64,000 bases of DNA from Bryobacterales bacterium (GTDB taxonomy: Bacteria; Acidobacteriota; Terriglobia; Bryobacterales; UBA6623). Position 1 is the first letter of the stretch. Every line of letters starts with the position of its first letter. Under the pieces are notes generated by a model. The model was given only the letters and a program-made list of their open reading frames with translations, was not told the origin of the DNA and made no database searches. The DNA lies in assembly GCA_965218555.1 (NCBI GenBank), contig OZ244625.1:4553609-4617608 (forward strand). Direction: 5' to 3'. This document shows positions 52,955 through 62,749 of the stretch, piece by piece. A program made the translations under genes and the position numbers.

Positions 52955-53938
52955 TCACACCCAGGCCGACATTTCCGCGTACCACTCTGCGGGAAAGTCC
53001 ATTGCTTCCGCGGCGATGGCGTTGTCGAGATGAGCAGTGGAACGGGCTCCCGCCAAGACCGTGTCCACAACAGGGTTTTTAAGCACCCAGCCGATGGCAA
53101 GCCGCAGGACCGGAAGGTCAACGCGCTCGGCGAAGGCGTGTAGTTTATCGACGATCGCGAAGTTCTTTGCGCTGAAGTAGATGTCGGCGTGGCCCGGGAT
53201 GACGTGAAAACGTGTGCGTTTCGGGAAGGCGTTCCGATCGGGCGTGTACTTGCCGGTGAGAAAACCGGCGCCCAGAGGGCTGTAACTCATCACTCCTATG
53301 CCGTTTTCCTGACAGAGCGGCAGCGTCGCCGACTCGATATCGCGGACCAAGAGGTTGTAGTTCGGTTCAATCACTTCGAACGGACGCAAGCCTGACCTGG
53401 CAGCGGTTTGCAACGACTCGCGCAGTTGCTCGGCATCGTAGTTGCTGCAGGCGGCATGACGAGCCTTGCCCGATCGTACGACGTGGTCCAGCGCGGCTAC
53501 CCTGTCGTCAACAGGCGTAGCGGCGTCGAAGCTGTGATACATGTAGATGTCCACGAAGTCGGTTTGTAGCCGCTGGAGACTGGCGTCAAGAGCTTGCGTG
53601 ACGTGATCCCGGCTGTGGTTCGTCGTGACCTTGGTGCAAAGAGTAATCTGGTCCCGGCACTTGCGACTCGCCAGCCATCGCCCGACAATCTTCTCGGACG
53701 AATGCGCTTCGTCCGTCACTTCGCGGTTGTCTTGTACGCCGAGATAGTTCTTGCGATATTCCTTAGCTTCGGCGCCGCCATAGGCCTCGGCGGTGTCGAA
53801 GAGCGTAATGCCGTTCTCGAGTGCGTGATCCATGATGGCGAAGCTCGTGGCCTCGTCGATTTCGCGTCCGAAGGTCGTGCAGCCGAAGCCGATGCGGCCG
53901 ACCTGCAAGCCTGTTGAGCCAAGGGTTCTGATTTTCAA
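52955..53938 (-). CDS. Aldo/keto reductase
   Basis: TTG start with RBS. GFGC, FDTAEAYG, LCTKV, SLQRLQTD and YSPLGAGFLTGKY. Confidence 0.93.
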   Translation of the reverse strand: MKIRTLGSTGLQVGRIGFGCTTFGREIDEATSFAIMDHALENGITLFDTAEAYGGAEAKEYRKNYLGVQDNREVTDEAHSSEKIVGRWLASRKCRDQITLCTKVTTNHSRDHVTQALDASLQRLQTDFVDIYMYHSFDAATPVDDRVAALDHVVRSGKARHAACSNYDAEQLRESLQTAARSGLRPFEVIEPNYNLLVRDIESATLPLCQENGIGVMSYSPLGAGFLTGKYTPDRNAFPKRTRFHVIPGHADIYFSAKNFAIVDKLHAFAERVDLPVLRLAIGWVLKNPVVDTVLAGARSTAHLDNAIAAEAMDFPAEWYAEMSAWV

Positions 53939-54297
53939 GCGAAGTTCCTTTCACGGGGAATGCGGTGTTTTTCATGCAACGGAAATGCCGGAAGAGAAGT
54001 TTGCGTCTTCCGTAAGGCGACCCGGGTGAGCAGCTCGTCTTGTTGGCAAGTCCTGGTTTGCATGAGACGGACCGGAGATTCCTATCCTACGCCGGTTGTG
54101 AGCGCCGAGGATCTGAGTAATGTCTCCTTTTTTTGTCGGTGAGCGGTGTCGGCAACGGCTCGCTTGCTAACGCGCCGGCAAGAAATATCTTGGTGCAGCC
54201 TGCGACAGCGTACTCTACACAGGCAGCGGCTTGGAGGTAGCCCCGATCGTTCGCCCTTCGATCGAAGGCGGTTCGACGGATGAGTTAGAATCGACGT

Positions 54298-55089
54298 GTG
54301 AACCGTAGCATACCCGTTCGAATCGCTTGTTGCAGCCTGTTGCTTGCACTGGCTGTATCTTCCACGGCGGCCGAAAAGGTCACGGTTTTTTTTGTGGGCG
54401 CGGTAGGAAGCTCGGCCTGGAAAGGCGCCGAGCAAGGCATCATCGAAGCAAACATACTCGGACGCTTCACGGGCCAAGGCTACGAGCTGAAAAAGGGTTC
54501 CGCCTCCGTGGTTCCGGAGGGCGCCGCCGCGGTCATCGTGGCTGCCGGTGGGGCGACAGCGGCCGGGATCTCCAAGCGCGTTGATGCCGCCGTAGTCAAT
54601 GTAAGTGATGAGAGTGACTCGCTGAGAAAGGGCTGCCGCGCCAATCTGTTCCACACGATTCCCAGTGACCGGATGAGGGCTGACGCCTTGGCGCAGTGGC
54701 GTCAGAATTCCAAGTCGAACAACAACCATGCGCGGGCATGGCATCCGGACTTCGTGAAGTTCGCCGCGCGTGACCTCAATAACCGTTATCGCAAGACCCA
54801 CGGCGAGGCAATGGACGACGAAGCCTGGGCGGCGTGGGCGGCGGTGAAGACAATCACGGAGGCCGTCACGCGCGGGCAGACGACGGACCCAAGTGCGATT
54901 GCGCGCTATCTGCGCGAAGAACTCGAGTTCGACGGGCAGAAAGGCGCGCCGCATTCCTTCCGCGAAACCGGCCAGTTGCGCCAGCCGCTATTGATTGTCG
55001 AGGACGGTAACCTCGTTGCGGAAGCGCCCGTGCGCGGTGTCGCCGATCCGGACGATCTTGATACGCTGGGGCTTGCGGCCTGTCCCTAG
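54298..55089 (+). CDS. Short ABC-type substrate-binding-like protein of PQQ-dependent dehydrogenase systems (PedA1-like)
   Basis: Signal peptide. CRANLFHTIPS, AWHPDFVKFAARDLNNRY, WAAWAAVK and FDGQKG..SFR..GQLRQPLL match this family. Confidence 0.75.
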   Translation: MNRSIPVRIACCSLLLALAVSSTAAEKVTVFFVGAVGSSAWKGAEQGIIEANILGRFTGQGYELKKGSASVVPEGAAAVIVAAGGATAAGISKRVDAAVVNVSDESDSLRKGCRANLFHTIPSDRMRADALAQWRQNSKSNNNHARAWHPDFVKFAARDLNNRYRKTHGEAMDDEAWAAWAAVKTITEAVTRGQTTDPSAIARYLREELEFDGQKGAPHSFRETGQLRQPLLIVEDGNLVAEAPVRGVADPDDLDTLGLAACP

Positions 55090-55111
55090 ACCCGCCAGGA
55101 ACTTCATCACT

Positions 55112-56071
55112 ATGAGATGTTTTCTGCTTTTCAGCCTGTTGGTGTTTCTGGCCGCTTGCTCGGCGCCTGACGATGCGACGTACAGACTGTTCGTCACCAA
55201 TGAGGCAGATGGTACGGTCACGGTGATCGACAGCCGCTCGCTGGAGGTCGAGAAGACCGTTGCGGTGGGCAATCGGCCGCGGGGCATCGGCTTCTCACCG
55301 GACCGCCGGCTCGTCTACGTCGCGTTGGGCAATGACAATGCCATCGGTGTGCTCGACGCTCGGTCGCTCGATCTCGTGAAAAAGATACCGGCAGGCTCCG
55401 ACCCGGAAGCTTTTGCTGTTCATCCAAACGGAACGATCTATCTTTCCAACGAAGACGACGCTCTGGCGACGGCCCTGAATCCGGCCACCGGCGAGATTCT
55501 CGCCGAGATTCCGGTGGGCATCGAACCGGAAGGCGTGCAGGTGTCCCCCGACGGCAAGGTGGTTGTCGTGACAAGTGAATCGACCAACATGGTTCACCTG
55601 ATCTCCGTTCCCGAGCACGAGGTCGTTGACAACATCCTGGTCGCCGCTCGTCCCCGCGAAGTGACGTTCACGAAAAGCGGCAAGACAGCGTACGTGACGT
55701 GCGAGGTCGGCGGAGAGGTCATGAAGTTGGACGTCGAACAGCGCAAGGTTGTTGGCAACCTGAGGATGCGGCGCGAGATCAAGCGCGTCAAGCCGAAGGG
55801 CATCCTGCTGAGCCACGACGAGAAAACGCTCTACGTGTCGACCGGGCGCGGCAATTCGATCGTGACGCTCGATCCGGCTACGTTGGAAATCCAAAAAATC
55901 ATTCCGGTGGGCCGGCGTGTCTGGGGCATTGCGCTATCGCGCGACGGCACACGCCTTTTTACCGCGAACGGCTTGGACAACAACGTCTCCGTGGTCGATA
56001 CCGAAAAGCTGGAGGAGATCCGGAAAATCCCGGCAGGCGGCCGCCCTTGGGGTATAGCGGTCGATGACTGA
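55112..56071 (+). CDS. YVTN beta-propeller lipoprotein, PQQ-catabolism-associated type (PedA2-like)
   Basis: Lipobox LAAC. Repeats of FVTNEADGTVTVID, VGNRPRG, DPEAF, VGIEPEG and GRRVWG. Confidence 0.82.
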   Translation: MRCFLLFSLLVFLAACSAPDDATYRLFVTNEADGTVTVIDSRSLEVEKTVAVGNRPRGIGFSPDRRLVYVALGNDNAIGVLDARSLDLVKKIPAGSDPEAFAVHPNGTIYLSNEDDALATALNPATGEILAEIPVGIEPEGVQVSPDGKVVVVTSESTNMVHLISVPEHEVVDNILVAARPREVTFTKSGKTAYVTCEVGGEVMKLDVEQRKVVGNLRMRREIKRVKPKGILLSHDEKTLYVSTGRGNSIVTLDPATLEIQKIIPVGRRVWGIALSRDGTRLFTANGLDNNVSVVDTEKLEEIRKIPAGGRPWGIAVDD

Positions 56072-56248
56072 CTGATCCGGAGAAGAATGTAGCGGGCCGG
56101 GTCCCTGGATTCAAGCCCGGGCGTGATTCAAATCCGTCAGTAATGCCTGTGTTCCGTCAACAAATGAAGAGGGTCCCCCAACGTTAGGGTTGTAAGGAGG
56201 CAGGTAAGCGGCTTGGCTTTGATTGCCGCCCCCGTGACCGCCTCTTCT

Positions 56249-57697
56249 TCAAACGATGAGTGCTTCGACCACGTTGCCGTGCACATCCGTCAGCCGCATG
56301 TCGCGGCCGCTGAAGTGGAAGGTCAGCCGCTTGTGGTCCATCCCGAGCAGGTGCAGGATCGTGGCGTGCATGTCGTGGACATGCACCTTGTCTTCGATCG
56401 CGTAGTAGCCGTACTCGTCGGTCGCGCCGTGGATGTAGCCGCCCTTTGAACCGCCGCCGGCCATCCACATCGTGAAGCCCCAGGGATGATGGTCGCGGCC
56501 CACGTTGTCGTAGCCCTTGCCCTGCGAGGTCGGCGTACGGCCGAACTCGCCTCCCCACACGAGTAGCGTTTCGTCGAGCAGGCCGCGCGACTTCAAATCT
56601 TTGATCAGGCCTGCCATCGGTCTATCCGTGGCTTTACAGTTCGTGGCGAGCCCGTGCTTGATGCGGCCGTGCTGATCCCAGCGGTCAACACCCTGTCGCT
56701 TCGGCGACAGCAACTCAATAAAACGGACCCCGCGCTCCACAAGACGCCGCGCGATGAGGCACTGCCGTCCGAACTCCTCGGTATCCGGTTCGTCGAGACC
56801 GTACATCCTTCGGGTAGCCTGAGTCTCGTTCGAGAAGTCGATAAGGTCCGGGACTTCCGTCTGCATCTTGAACGCCAACTCGTAATTGTGGATGGCCGCT
56901 TCCAACTCGTCGACGGCGCCATAGCGTTGGCGCACTCTCTGGTCGAGTTTTGAAAGCAGCCCCAGCTTGTTCCGCTGTAGTTCCGGGCTCGTTTCACGCG
57001 GGGCAATATCCGCGACCGGCTGCGCGCCCTTGCGGAACAGCGTGCCTTGATAGCTTGCCGGCAGAAAACCCGGGCCGAACACGTCGAGTCCGCCCGGTGG
57101 GATCATGCCGCTGTCAAGCACGATGAATCCCGGCAGATTCTTGCATGGGCTGCCTAGTCCATAGGTCACCCAAGCACCCATGCTCGGACGGCCTTGCAAT
57201 GCGGACCCGCTGTGCATGAAGTAATTGCCGGCGGTGTGCTCGGAAAAATCCGAAACCATCGAGCGAATCACACACAGATCGTCAGCGCAGCTAGCAAGGT
57301 TGGGGAAGAGCTCACTGATCTCCATCCCGCTTTGGCCATACTTGTGGAAGTCCCAGAACGAGCCGAGAAGCGTGGTGTTCGAGGCATTCGCGGTACGCGG
57401 CAGCTTGAGCGGCAGCGGCTTGCCGTTCTCTTTCCGCAGCCGGGGCTTCGGATCGAACGTGTCCACGTGCGACGGCCCGCCGTCCATGAATAGGAAGATG
57501 ACCGACTTCGCCTTCGGCGCAAAATGGGGTGTTCGCACAAGCAACGGATCCACCGAGCGATCCGTCGCGGCGGCCTCTTCAGCGAGCATCGTGGCCAGCG
57601 CAAGTGCTCCGAATCCGTTGGCAGATCGGAAGAGCACCTCGCGGCGGGTGAGATCCGTCCTCTTGTTTCGGGTTCCAATGTTTGTTGAGAATGGCAC
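56249..57697 (-). CDS. DUF1501 domain protein (Tat-exported); start uncertain
   Basis: LTRREVL..GFGALAL, KAKSVIFLFMDGGPSHVDTFDPKP, RRLVERGVRF, WDQH, WGGEFGRTP and RDHHP. Confidence 0.93.
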   Translation of the reverse strand: MPFSTNIGTRNKRTDLTRREVLFRSANGFGALALATMLAEEAAATDRSVDPLLVRTPHFAPKAKSVIFLFMDGGPSHVDTFDPKPRLRKENGKPLPLKLPRTANASNTTLLGSFWDFHKYGQSGMEISELFPNLASCADDLCVIRSMVSDFSEHTAGNYFMHSGSALQGRPSMGAWVTYGLGSPCKNLPGFIVLDSGMIPPGGLDVFGPGFLPASYQGTLFRKGAQPVADIAPRETSPELQRNKLGLLSKLDQRVRQRYGAVDELEAAIHNYELAFKMQTEVPDLIDFSNETQATRRMYGLDEPDTEEFGRQCLIARRLVERGVRFIELLSPKRQGVDRWDQHGRIKHGLATNCKATDRPMAGLIKDLKSRGLLDETLLVWGGEFGRTPTSQGKGYDNVGRDHHPWGFTMWMAGGGSKGGYIHGATDEYGYYAIEDKVHVHDMHATILHLLGMDHKRLTFHFSGRDMRLTDVHGNVVEALIV

Positions 57698-57750
57698 GGT
57701 TTTCGGACTTTCGTTCCTATCGTACTTCTGTTTAAACCGCGAGTCGGTGG

Positions 57751-60700
57751 CTATCGAATAAAAATGAACTCTTTCGCGTTGATCAGCACGTGCCCCAGGT
57801 CCGCCCAAGCCCGATAATCGTCGGGGTCGGCGCTCCGATACAGCTCCAGTTGTTTCTCGACAAACCCGTGGGAATCGCTAATCTCGCTCGGTTCCGCTGG
57901 CCGCCCGAACGCCCGCAGGAACATCGACTCGATCCTCTCGTTCCATTCCGGGCTGGCGGCGATTTCCCGATCGGCCCACTTCTCCGTCTGACGGGCCACG
58001 AATTCATTGTTCATCAATATCAGCGCTTGCGACGGGACGGTCGAGACCGTGCGCCGGCCGCGCGTCATAACCGGCACGGGGTAGTCAAACGCCAAGAAGA
58101 AAGGGTTGATGAAATTCCGCTGCACCTTGACATAGATACTCCGGCGACCGCCCCCATCCAGGGGGCCGCTCTGCGGTTTTCCTCGTCCGTCCTGGTAAGG
58201 GCTGATGAAGGGCGTAATGCTCGGCCCGTAGAGCGTCCGATTCAACGTGCCCGTCACCGCGAGGACCGAATCCCGGATCGACTCCGCCTCCAGCCGTCGG
58301 ACGGGCATGTGTTGCAGCAACAGATTCTCACCGTCCACTTCCGCCGCCCGCGGATCGAGCTCGCTCGACATCCGGTAGGTGCTGCTCAACACGATCGACC
58401 GCTGAAGAGCCTTGATCGACCATCTACTCTCGATGAAATGCCAGGCCAGCGCATCGAGCAGTTTCTCGTGCGTCGGTCGGCGGCCGGTGTTGCCGAAGTT
58501 GTCCACCGTCGCCACGATCCCTCGCCCGAAGTAATGCTTCCAGATTCGGTTGACCGCTACGCGAGCCAGCAGGTGCCGTGCAGCGCCGGTCGTGGCTTCA
58601 GCAAGCTCGAGCCGACCGCTGCCCTGGGTGAACGAATCCGAATCGTTATCCGAGAACACCTGCAAGAAACGCCGCGGCACTTCATCCCCCAGCTCGGTAT
58701 GGCTGCCGCGGATGTGAATGGCCGCATTGTGAGGCAGGTCCTCGCTATTGATCAGCCCAAAAGTCGAATCCGGAATGCTTTCCCCCAACGCGGCGCGTTT
58801 TTTCTGAAGCTTCTTGAAAGCCGACCGCTGGCTCTCCCCTACGAGCAACGAAGGCTCTTCGAGCATTCCGAAGGGACTGACCGCGCTGAGAATCCACTTT
58901 CCGCTGGCATCTACCGGCGGGTTCGCAAGAACGTCTCCCAGCAATTTCTGATACGCCGTTGCCAAGCTTTCCAGCGAATCGGTCTCCGTGTCGGCAAGCA
59001 TCTTCAAGATCCGAGGATTCGGCGCCGAGGCCAGTGGCGGAGGCTTCTTTGAATCGGAGAAGACAATCTTGTCGACAACAATATGGGCATCCCGAGCACG
59101 ATCGACAATCTCGATATGTGACACCTGTCCCGGCGTTCGCGTAACGTCAATCGTCTTCCAGTGGAAGGCGCCCGTGCCGTCGGCCGTGACGGGCCGGAAC
59201 CGCCCGCTCGTCACTAGCGCAAAATAGAGTCGGCCATGCTTGGCGCGGCTCGTGCTCCGCTTGCTGCCTGCGATCCGCACGTGCAAGTATGGCTTCGTCA
59301 TCGCGAAGCTCTTCGACGTCAGCGTTCCCACCCACTCATCCGAACCGCTCGCAAACGAGTTCGCGATCCCGTTACCCTGATACCCGCCGAGAGCCAGGTT
59401 CGGGGCGAGGTACCGTGACGGCCCTTCGTCAAAAGCCGGACCCGACACCCGCCATTTCGAGAAATCCACGCCCTCGAAGTCTGCGAACACGACATCTCCG
59501 CGCTCCGTGTGGATGGCGTGCTCCCGGTCCGCCTTCGCGATCCATGTCTCCAGATCGGCCCGAACCTCCACGACTCTCTCCTCGAACGTCTTTCCTTGCT
59601 GACTGCGCGGTAGCGGCGTCGCAAGCTTCGCCAACGGATAGAAAACGTTGTCCGGTTCCTCGTCCGCGCGCTGTAAGACTTCAACCCAACGCTCCACTAC
59701 CCTCGGGTCCAGCCCGAACGAATCGGTTTTCGAAGCATCGTCGTCGGCGCCTCGCCGTGACGAGCTCTCCGCCCCGAAAATCGTCGCCGCGGCCAACAAG
59801 TACGCCTTGATTTCATGCAATCGCTCCAGCCGCGCCGTGCGCATCATCGCAGCAATCAGTCCATTGACTTCGATCATCTCTTCGGCGATCTTTCTCATCA
59901 GTCGGACGATCGCGGGTGAGTCGAGGCTCTGTTGCACGTCCTGGGTGCTCTCCATCACGCCTGCCAGGGCGTAGTAGTCGTGCATCGTAATGGGGTCGAA
60001 CTTATGGTCATGGCAGCGCGCACACCCGAGCGTCAACCCGAGAAAGGTTTTCCCGTAAACATCAATCTGGTTGTCAATGCGGTTCGCCCGCACTTGTCCC
60101 ACATCGTCGGCCGCATTACGCTCTTCACCGAGCCAATAGAACCCTGTGCCGAGTGGAGAATCCCAATGCGCTCCTCCGGGAACGAGCCGCTGGCGCGCCA
60201 GAAGATCCCCTGCGATGTGTTCTCGGACAAACTCGTCGTATGGAAGGTCCTGATTGAAAGCGCGGATAACGTAGTCCCGGTAGCGCCACGTATCCGGCTT
60301 GTCGGGATCGAACTCGTGTCCCATCGTCTCGCCGAAGCGAACCAGATCCAGCCAGTGGCGCGCCCATTTCTCACCGTAGTGCGGGGAGGCGAGCAGCCGT
60401 TCCACGACAGTCCGATATGCCTCCGAAGAATCGTCCGCAATGAAGTTCCTGATCTCGCGCGGCGTTGGAGGCAGGCCCGTCAAGTCGAACGTCACTCGCC
60501 GCAACCAGACACGCTTGTCGGCTCGGGAAGCCGGCGCAAGTGACTTCGCCTCGAGTTTGGCCAGTACGAAGTGATCGATGAATGTCCGGGGCCAACCCTC
60601 ATTTCGTACGGCAGGGGCGGTGGAATTCTTCAAGTGCTGGAACGCCCAGAACTTCCGGGCTTCATCCCAATCGATTCCGGCCGCCGCTCGTCGATTGCTC

Positions 60701-61068
60701 ACAGTACGTGGATCCGGCGCGCCCGCTTCGATCCAGTGCCGCAAGTCTTCGATTTGCGAATCGCTCAGCCGCCCGGTCGGCGGCATTTTCAGTTCATCGT
60801 CTTCATGCCGGACAGCCCGCAGCATCAAGCTCGTTTCCGGGGAGCCGGGGACCACCGCTGTCCCGCGCGAGCCGCCCTTGAGCACACTCTCCTTCGTGTC
60901 CAGCTTCAATCCGCCCGAAGAGATCGTTGTTGCGCTGTGGCAGGCGTAGCAGTTCTCAACCAATAACGGCCGGATCTTCTTTTCAAAGAACTCTATCCCG
61001 TCTCCGCTTTGGGCGCAAAGCAAAGGACCTGCAAGTACGAGCAACATGCTCGCCACCCACGATGTCAT
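57751..61068 (-). CDS. Planctomycete-type cytochrome c / DUF1549 / DUF1553 (PSD1) protein, copy 2
   Basis: FFEKKIRPLLVENCYACH, WLRRVTFDLTGLPPT, GEKWARHWLD, CARCHDHKFDP, NRIWKHYFGRG and VPSQALILMN. Confidence 0.93.
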   Translation of the reverse strand: MTSWVASMLLVLAGPLLCAQSGDGIEFFEKKIRPLLVENCYACHSATTISSGGLKLDTKESVLKGGSRGTAVVPGSPETSLMLRAVRHEDDELKMPPTGRLSDSQIEDLRHWIEAGAPDPRTVSNRRAAAGIDWDEARKFWAFQHLKNSTAPAVRNEGWPRTFIDHFVLAKLEAKSLAPASRADKRVWLRRVTFDLTGLPPTPREIRNFIADDSSEAYRTVVERLLASPHYGEKWARHWLDLVRFGETMGHEFDPDKPDTWRYRDYVIRAFNQDLPYDEFVREHIAGDLLARQRLVPGGAHWDSPLGTGFYWLGEERNAADDVGQVRANRIDNQIDVYGKTFLGLTLGCARCHDHKFDPITMHDYYALAGVMESTQDVQQSLDSPAIVRLMRKIAEEMIEVNGLIAAMMRTARLERLHEIKAYLLAAATIFGAESSSRRGADDDASKTDSFGLDPRVVERWVEVLQRADEEPDNVFYPLAKLATPLPRSQQGKTFEERVVEVRADLETWIAKADREHAIHTERGDVVFADFEGVDFSKWRVSGPAFDEGPSRYLAPNLALGGYQGNGIANSFASGSDEWVGTLTSKSFAMTKPYLHVRIAGSKRSTSRAKHGRLYFALVTSGRFRPVTADGTGAFHWKTIDVTRTPGQVSHIEIVDRARDAHIVVDKIVFSDSKKPPPLASAPNPRILKMLADTETDSLESLATAYQKLLGDVLANPPVDASGKWILSAVSPFGMLEEPSLLVGESQRSAFKKLQKKRAALGESIPDSTFGLINSEDLPHNAAIHIRGSHTELGDEVPRRFLQVFSDNDSDSFTQGSGRLELAEATTGAARHLLARVAVNRIWKHYFGRGIVATVDNFGNTGRRPTHEKLLDALAWHFIESRWSIKALQRSIVLSSTYRMSSELDPRAAEVDGENLLLQHMPVRRLEAESIRDSVLAVTGTLNRTLYGPSITPFISPYQDGRGKPQSGPLDGGGRRSIYVKVQRNFINPFFLAFDYPVPVMTRGRRTVSTVPSQALILMNNEFVARQTEKWADREIAASPEWNERIESMFLRAFGRPAEPSEISDSHGFVEKQLELYRSADPDDYRAWADLGHVLINAKEFIFIR

Positions 61069-61208
61069 CTGCCAACTTGGAGCACGAATGCACACGCCGG
61101 ATATACAGGACCACAGCGAGTTGAACTTGCTAGGATTATCCACCACTCTTTTCTGGGATTCAAGTGGTAGTCTGCCCCGGCGGCGGCATGACGCGCCACA
61201 GTTCGAAA

Positions 61209-61310
61209 CTCAGCCGGCACGCCTCCGCCTGAGCCGAGGATCTCGCCATCTGGGATAACCGCTCCGTCTGCCACGGGCTGCCGGCGGTTCACTCTCGTGA
61301 GGCGTCGCGA
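61209..61310 (+). pseudogene. Possible relic of a TauD/TfdA dioxygenase 3' end
   Basis: The frame at 61239-61274 reads DLAIWDNRSVCH (WDNRxxxH iron-ligand motif). QPARLRLSRG precedes it in a neighbouring frame. An in-frame TGA lies at 61230. Confidence 0.4.
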
Positions 61311-61390
61311 GAGCGGAGATGCTTCGGAGAAGGAAACAAGGCGGCCTCCTGCTGCGAAGGCCACCTCGTTTCAAGATTCCCGTATGAAAC

Positions 61391-62749
61391 TTACTCGGTC
61401 GGACCGAAGAGCCACATCATCCCAAGGGTCAAAGTATCCTGGTCATTGGCGAAGCCTCCGAATCCGCCTCGGGAGAAGAAGTCGGTCGTCGACCAGTCAC
61501 GCCGGAACTCGAACCGTGTGATGAAGCGCGGTTGGGGGGCGTACTCGAACGTCAGTGTGTACTCCCTGAGAATTTGTTCGACACCGGTGGAACGCGCTTC
61601 GGTGTCGTCGAAATATTCGTACCGTTGGGCGATTCGGAACTTGTCGTGCGGGTTGAACCGCGCATAGCCGGCGACACCCCATGATTGCTGCCTCGTGGCG
61701 TCCGGGTTTTCATTCCAGATGCCATCGAAGTTCACCATGACTTCGAACATCTCATGCAGGCCGGCGTAGAAGTTCCAGCTCACGTCTTTCTGCCAGCCCA
61801 CGTTGGTGAGGTCGTTCTCGGGGCCGTGGATCCAGGTGAGGGTGGTATTGAAGCGGTCGTTGGGCGCCCAGGAACCCTGCACGCCGTAGGACTTGCCGGA
61901 GTTCTGGTCGAACGCGTTGTCGAAACCGTTGACCAGCATGACAGTTCCCGTGAACGTGTCGCTCAGCGGCGCGCTGTACTTCGCGCCGACGTGCGAGAAG
62001 GGCTCATTCCAAGCCCACAGAATGGCGCGGGTGTAGTTCCAGTTGAGATGCGACTCAGCCACTTCGAGGCCCGCTATGGTTCCGAACAGACCCACATCGA
62101 GCTGGGAGCCGTTGTCCCACTGGTAATAACCGTACGCTTGCTGAAGATAAATGACGTCTTCCAACGGGCCGGGCTCCAAGCCGTCGCGGAAGAGGCGGGC
62201 GAAAGAACCGAACCAGATGTCCGATCGAAAACCGATCGGGCCTTTGCCCTTGGCTTCGATCTCCAGCTTCGCCTGACTGAGCCCGAATCCTCGCGAGTTC
62301 GGGTTCGTGAAGTACAGAGTGTTCGTTCCGTCCGCAGGGTTGTTGAAGTTCTTTGTGTAGTAGGTGTCGAGGATACCAGTAATGGTGAGCGGCTGCCCCC
62401 CTGTCGAAACAATGCCTTCGGGCACCTCAAGCGAGGCGGCCTGTGAAGCCGGCTCGGCCGTCGCTGCCGGCTCGGGTGTGGCTGGCGGAAGATTGGCGTT
62501 GATGAGTCGTGCTTCGCCCGGCGCCAAGGCGTGCGCCGACACCTTGCTTTCCGCGTTCGAGGCCATCTTGGCCAGCAAACCTTCCAGACGGGCCAACCGC
62601 TCATTCAAGTTCTTTACTTCCTGCCTTAGAGACTCGATTTCTTTCTCTTCGCCGGGCTGATCGGACTTCTTCTCGTCCGCCCAAAGTGAAGTCGCCAGCG
62701 TGAACACAGTCAAACTTGCCACGGCGATGAAAAGCTTTCCACTTCGCAT
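61391..62749 (-). CDS. Outer-membrane beta-barrel porin (DUF1597 / putative beta-barrel porin-2 type) with an N-terminal coiled coil
   Basis: Signal peptide, coiled coil (LRQEVKNLNERLARLE), LDTYYTKNFNNP, YLQQAY, GLEVAESHLNWNYTR, EPFSHVG and aromatic-rich beta strands. Confidence 0.82.
   Translation of the reverse strand: MRSGKLFIAVASLTVFTLATSLWADEKKSDQPGEEKEIESLRQEVKNLNERLARLEGLLAKMASNAESKVSAHALAPGEARLINANLPPATPEPAATAEPASQAASLEVPEGIVSTGGQPLTITGILDTYYTKNFNNPADGTNTLYFTNPNSRGFGLSQAKLEIEAKGKGPIGFRSDIWFGSFARLFRDGLEPGPLEDVIYLQQAYGYYQWDNGSQLDVGLFGTIAGLEVAESHLNWNYTRAILWAWNEPFSHVGAKYSAPLSDTFTGTVMLVNGFDNAFDQNSGKSYGVQGSWAPNDRFNTTLTWIHGPENDLTNVGWQKDVSWNFYAGLHEMFEVMVNFDGIWNENPDATRQQSWGVAGYARFNPHDKFRIAQRYEYFDDTEARSTGVEQILREYTLTFEYAPQPRFITRFEFRRDWSTTDFFSRGGFGGFANDQDTLTLGMMWLFGPTE

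Noticed and set aside
53939-54297. TGGCA...TTGCA-like sigma-54 promoter candidates here and upstream of amtB and the porin
   Set aside because: GG-to-GC spacing was 8 or 13 nt rather than the required 10 in the candidates checked.
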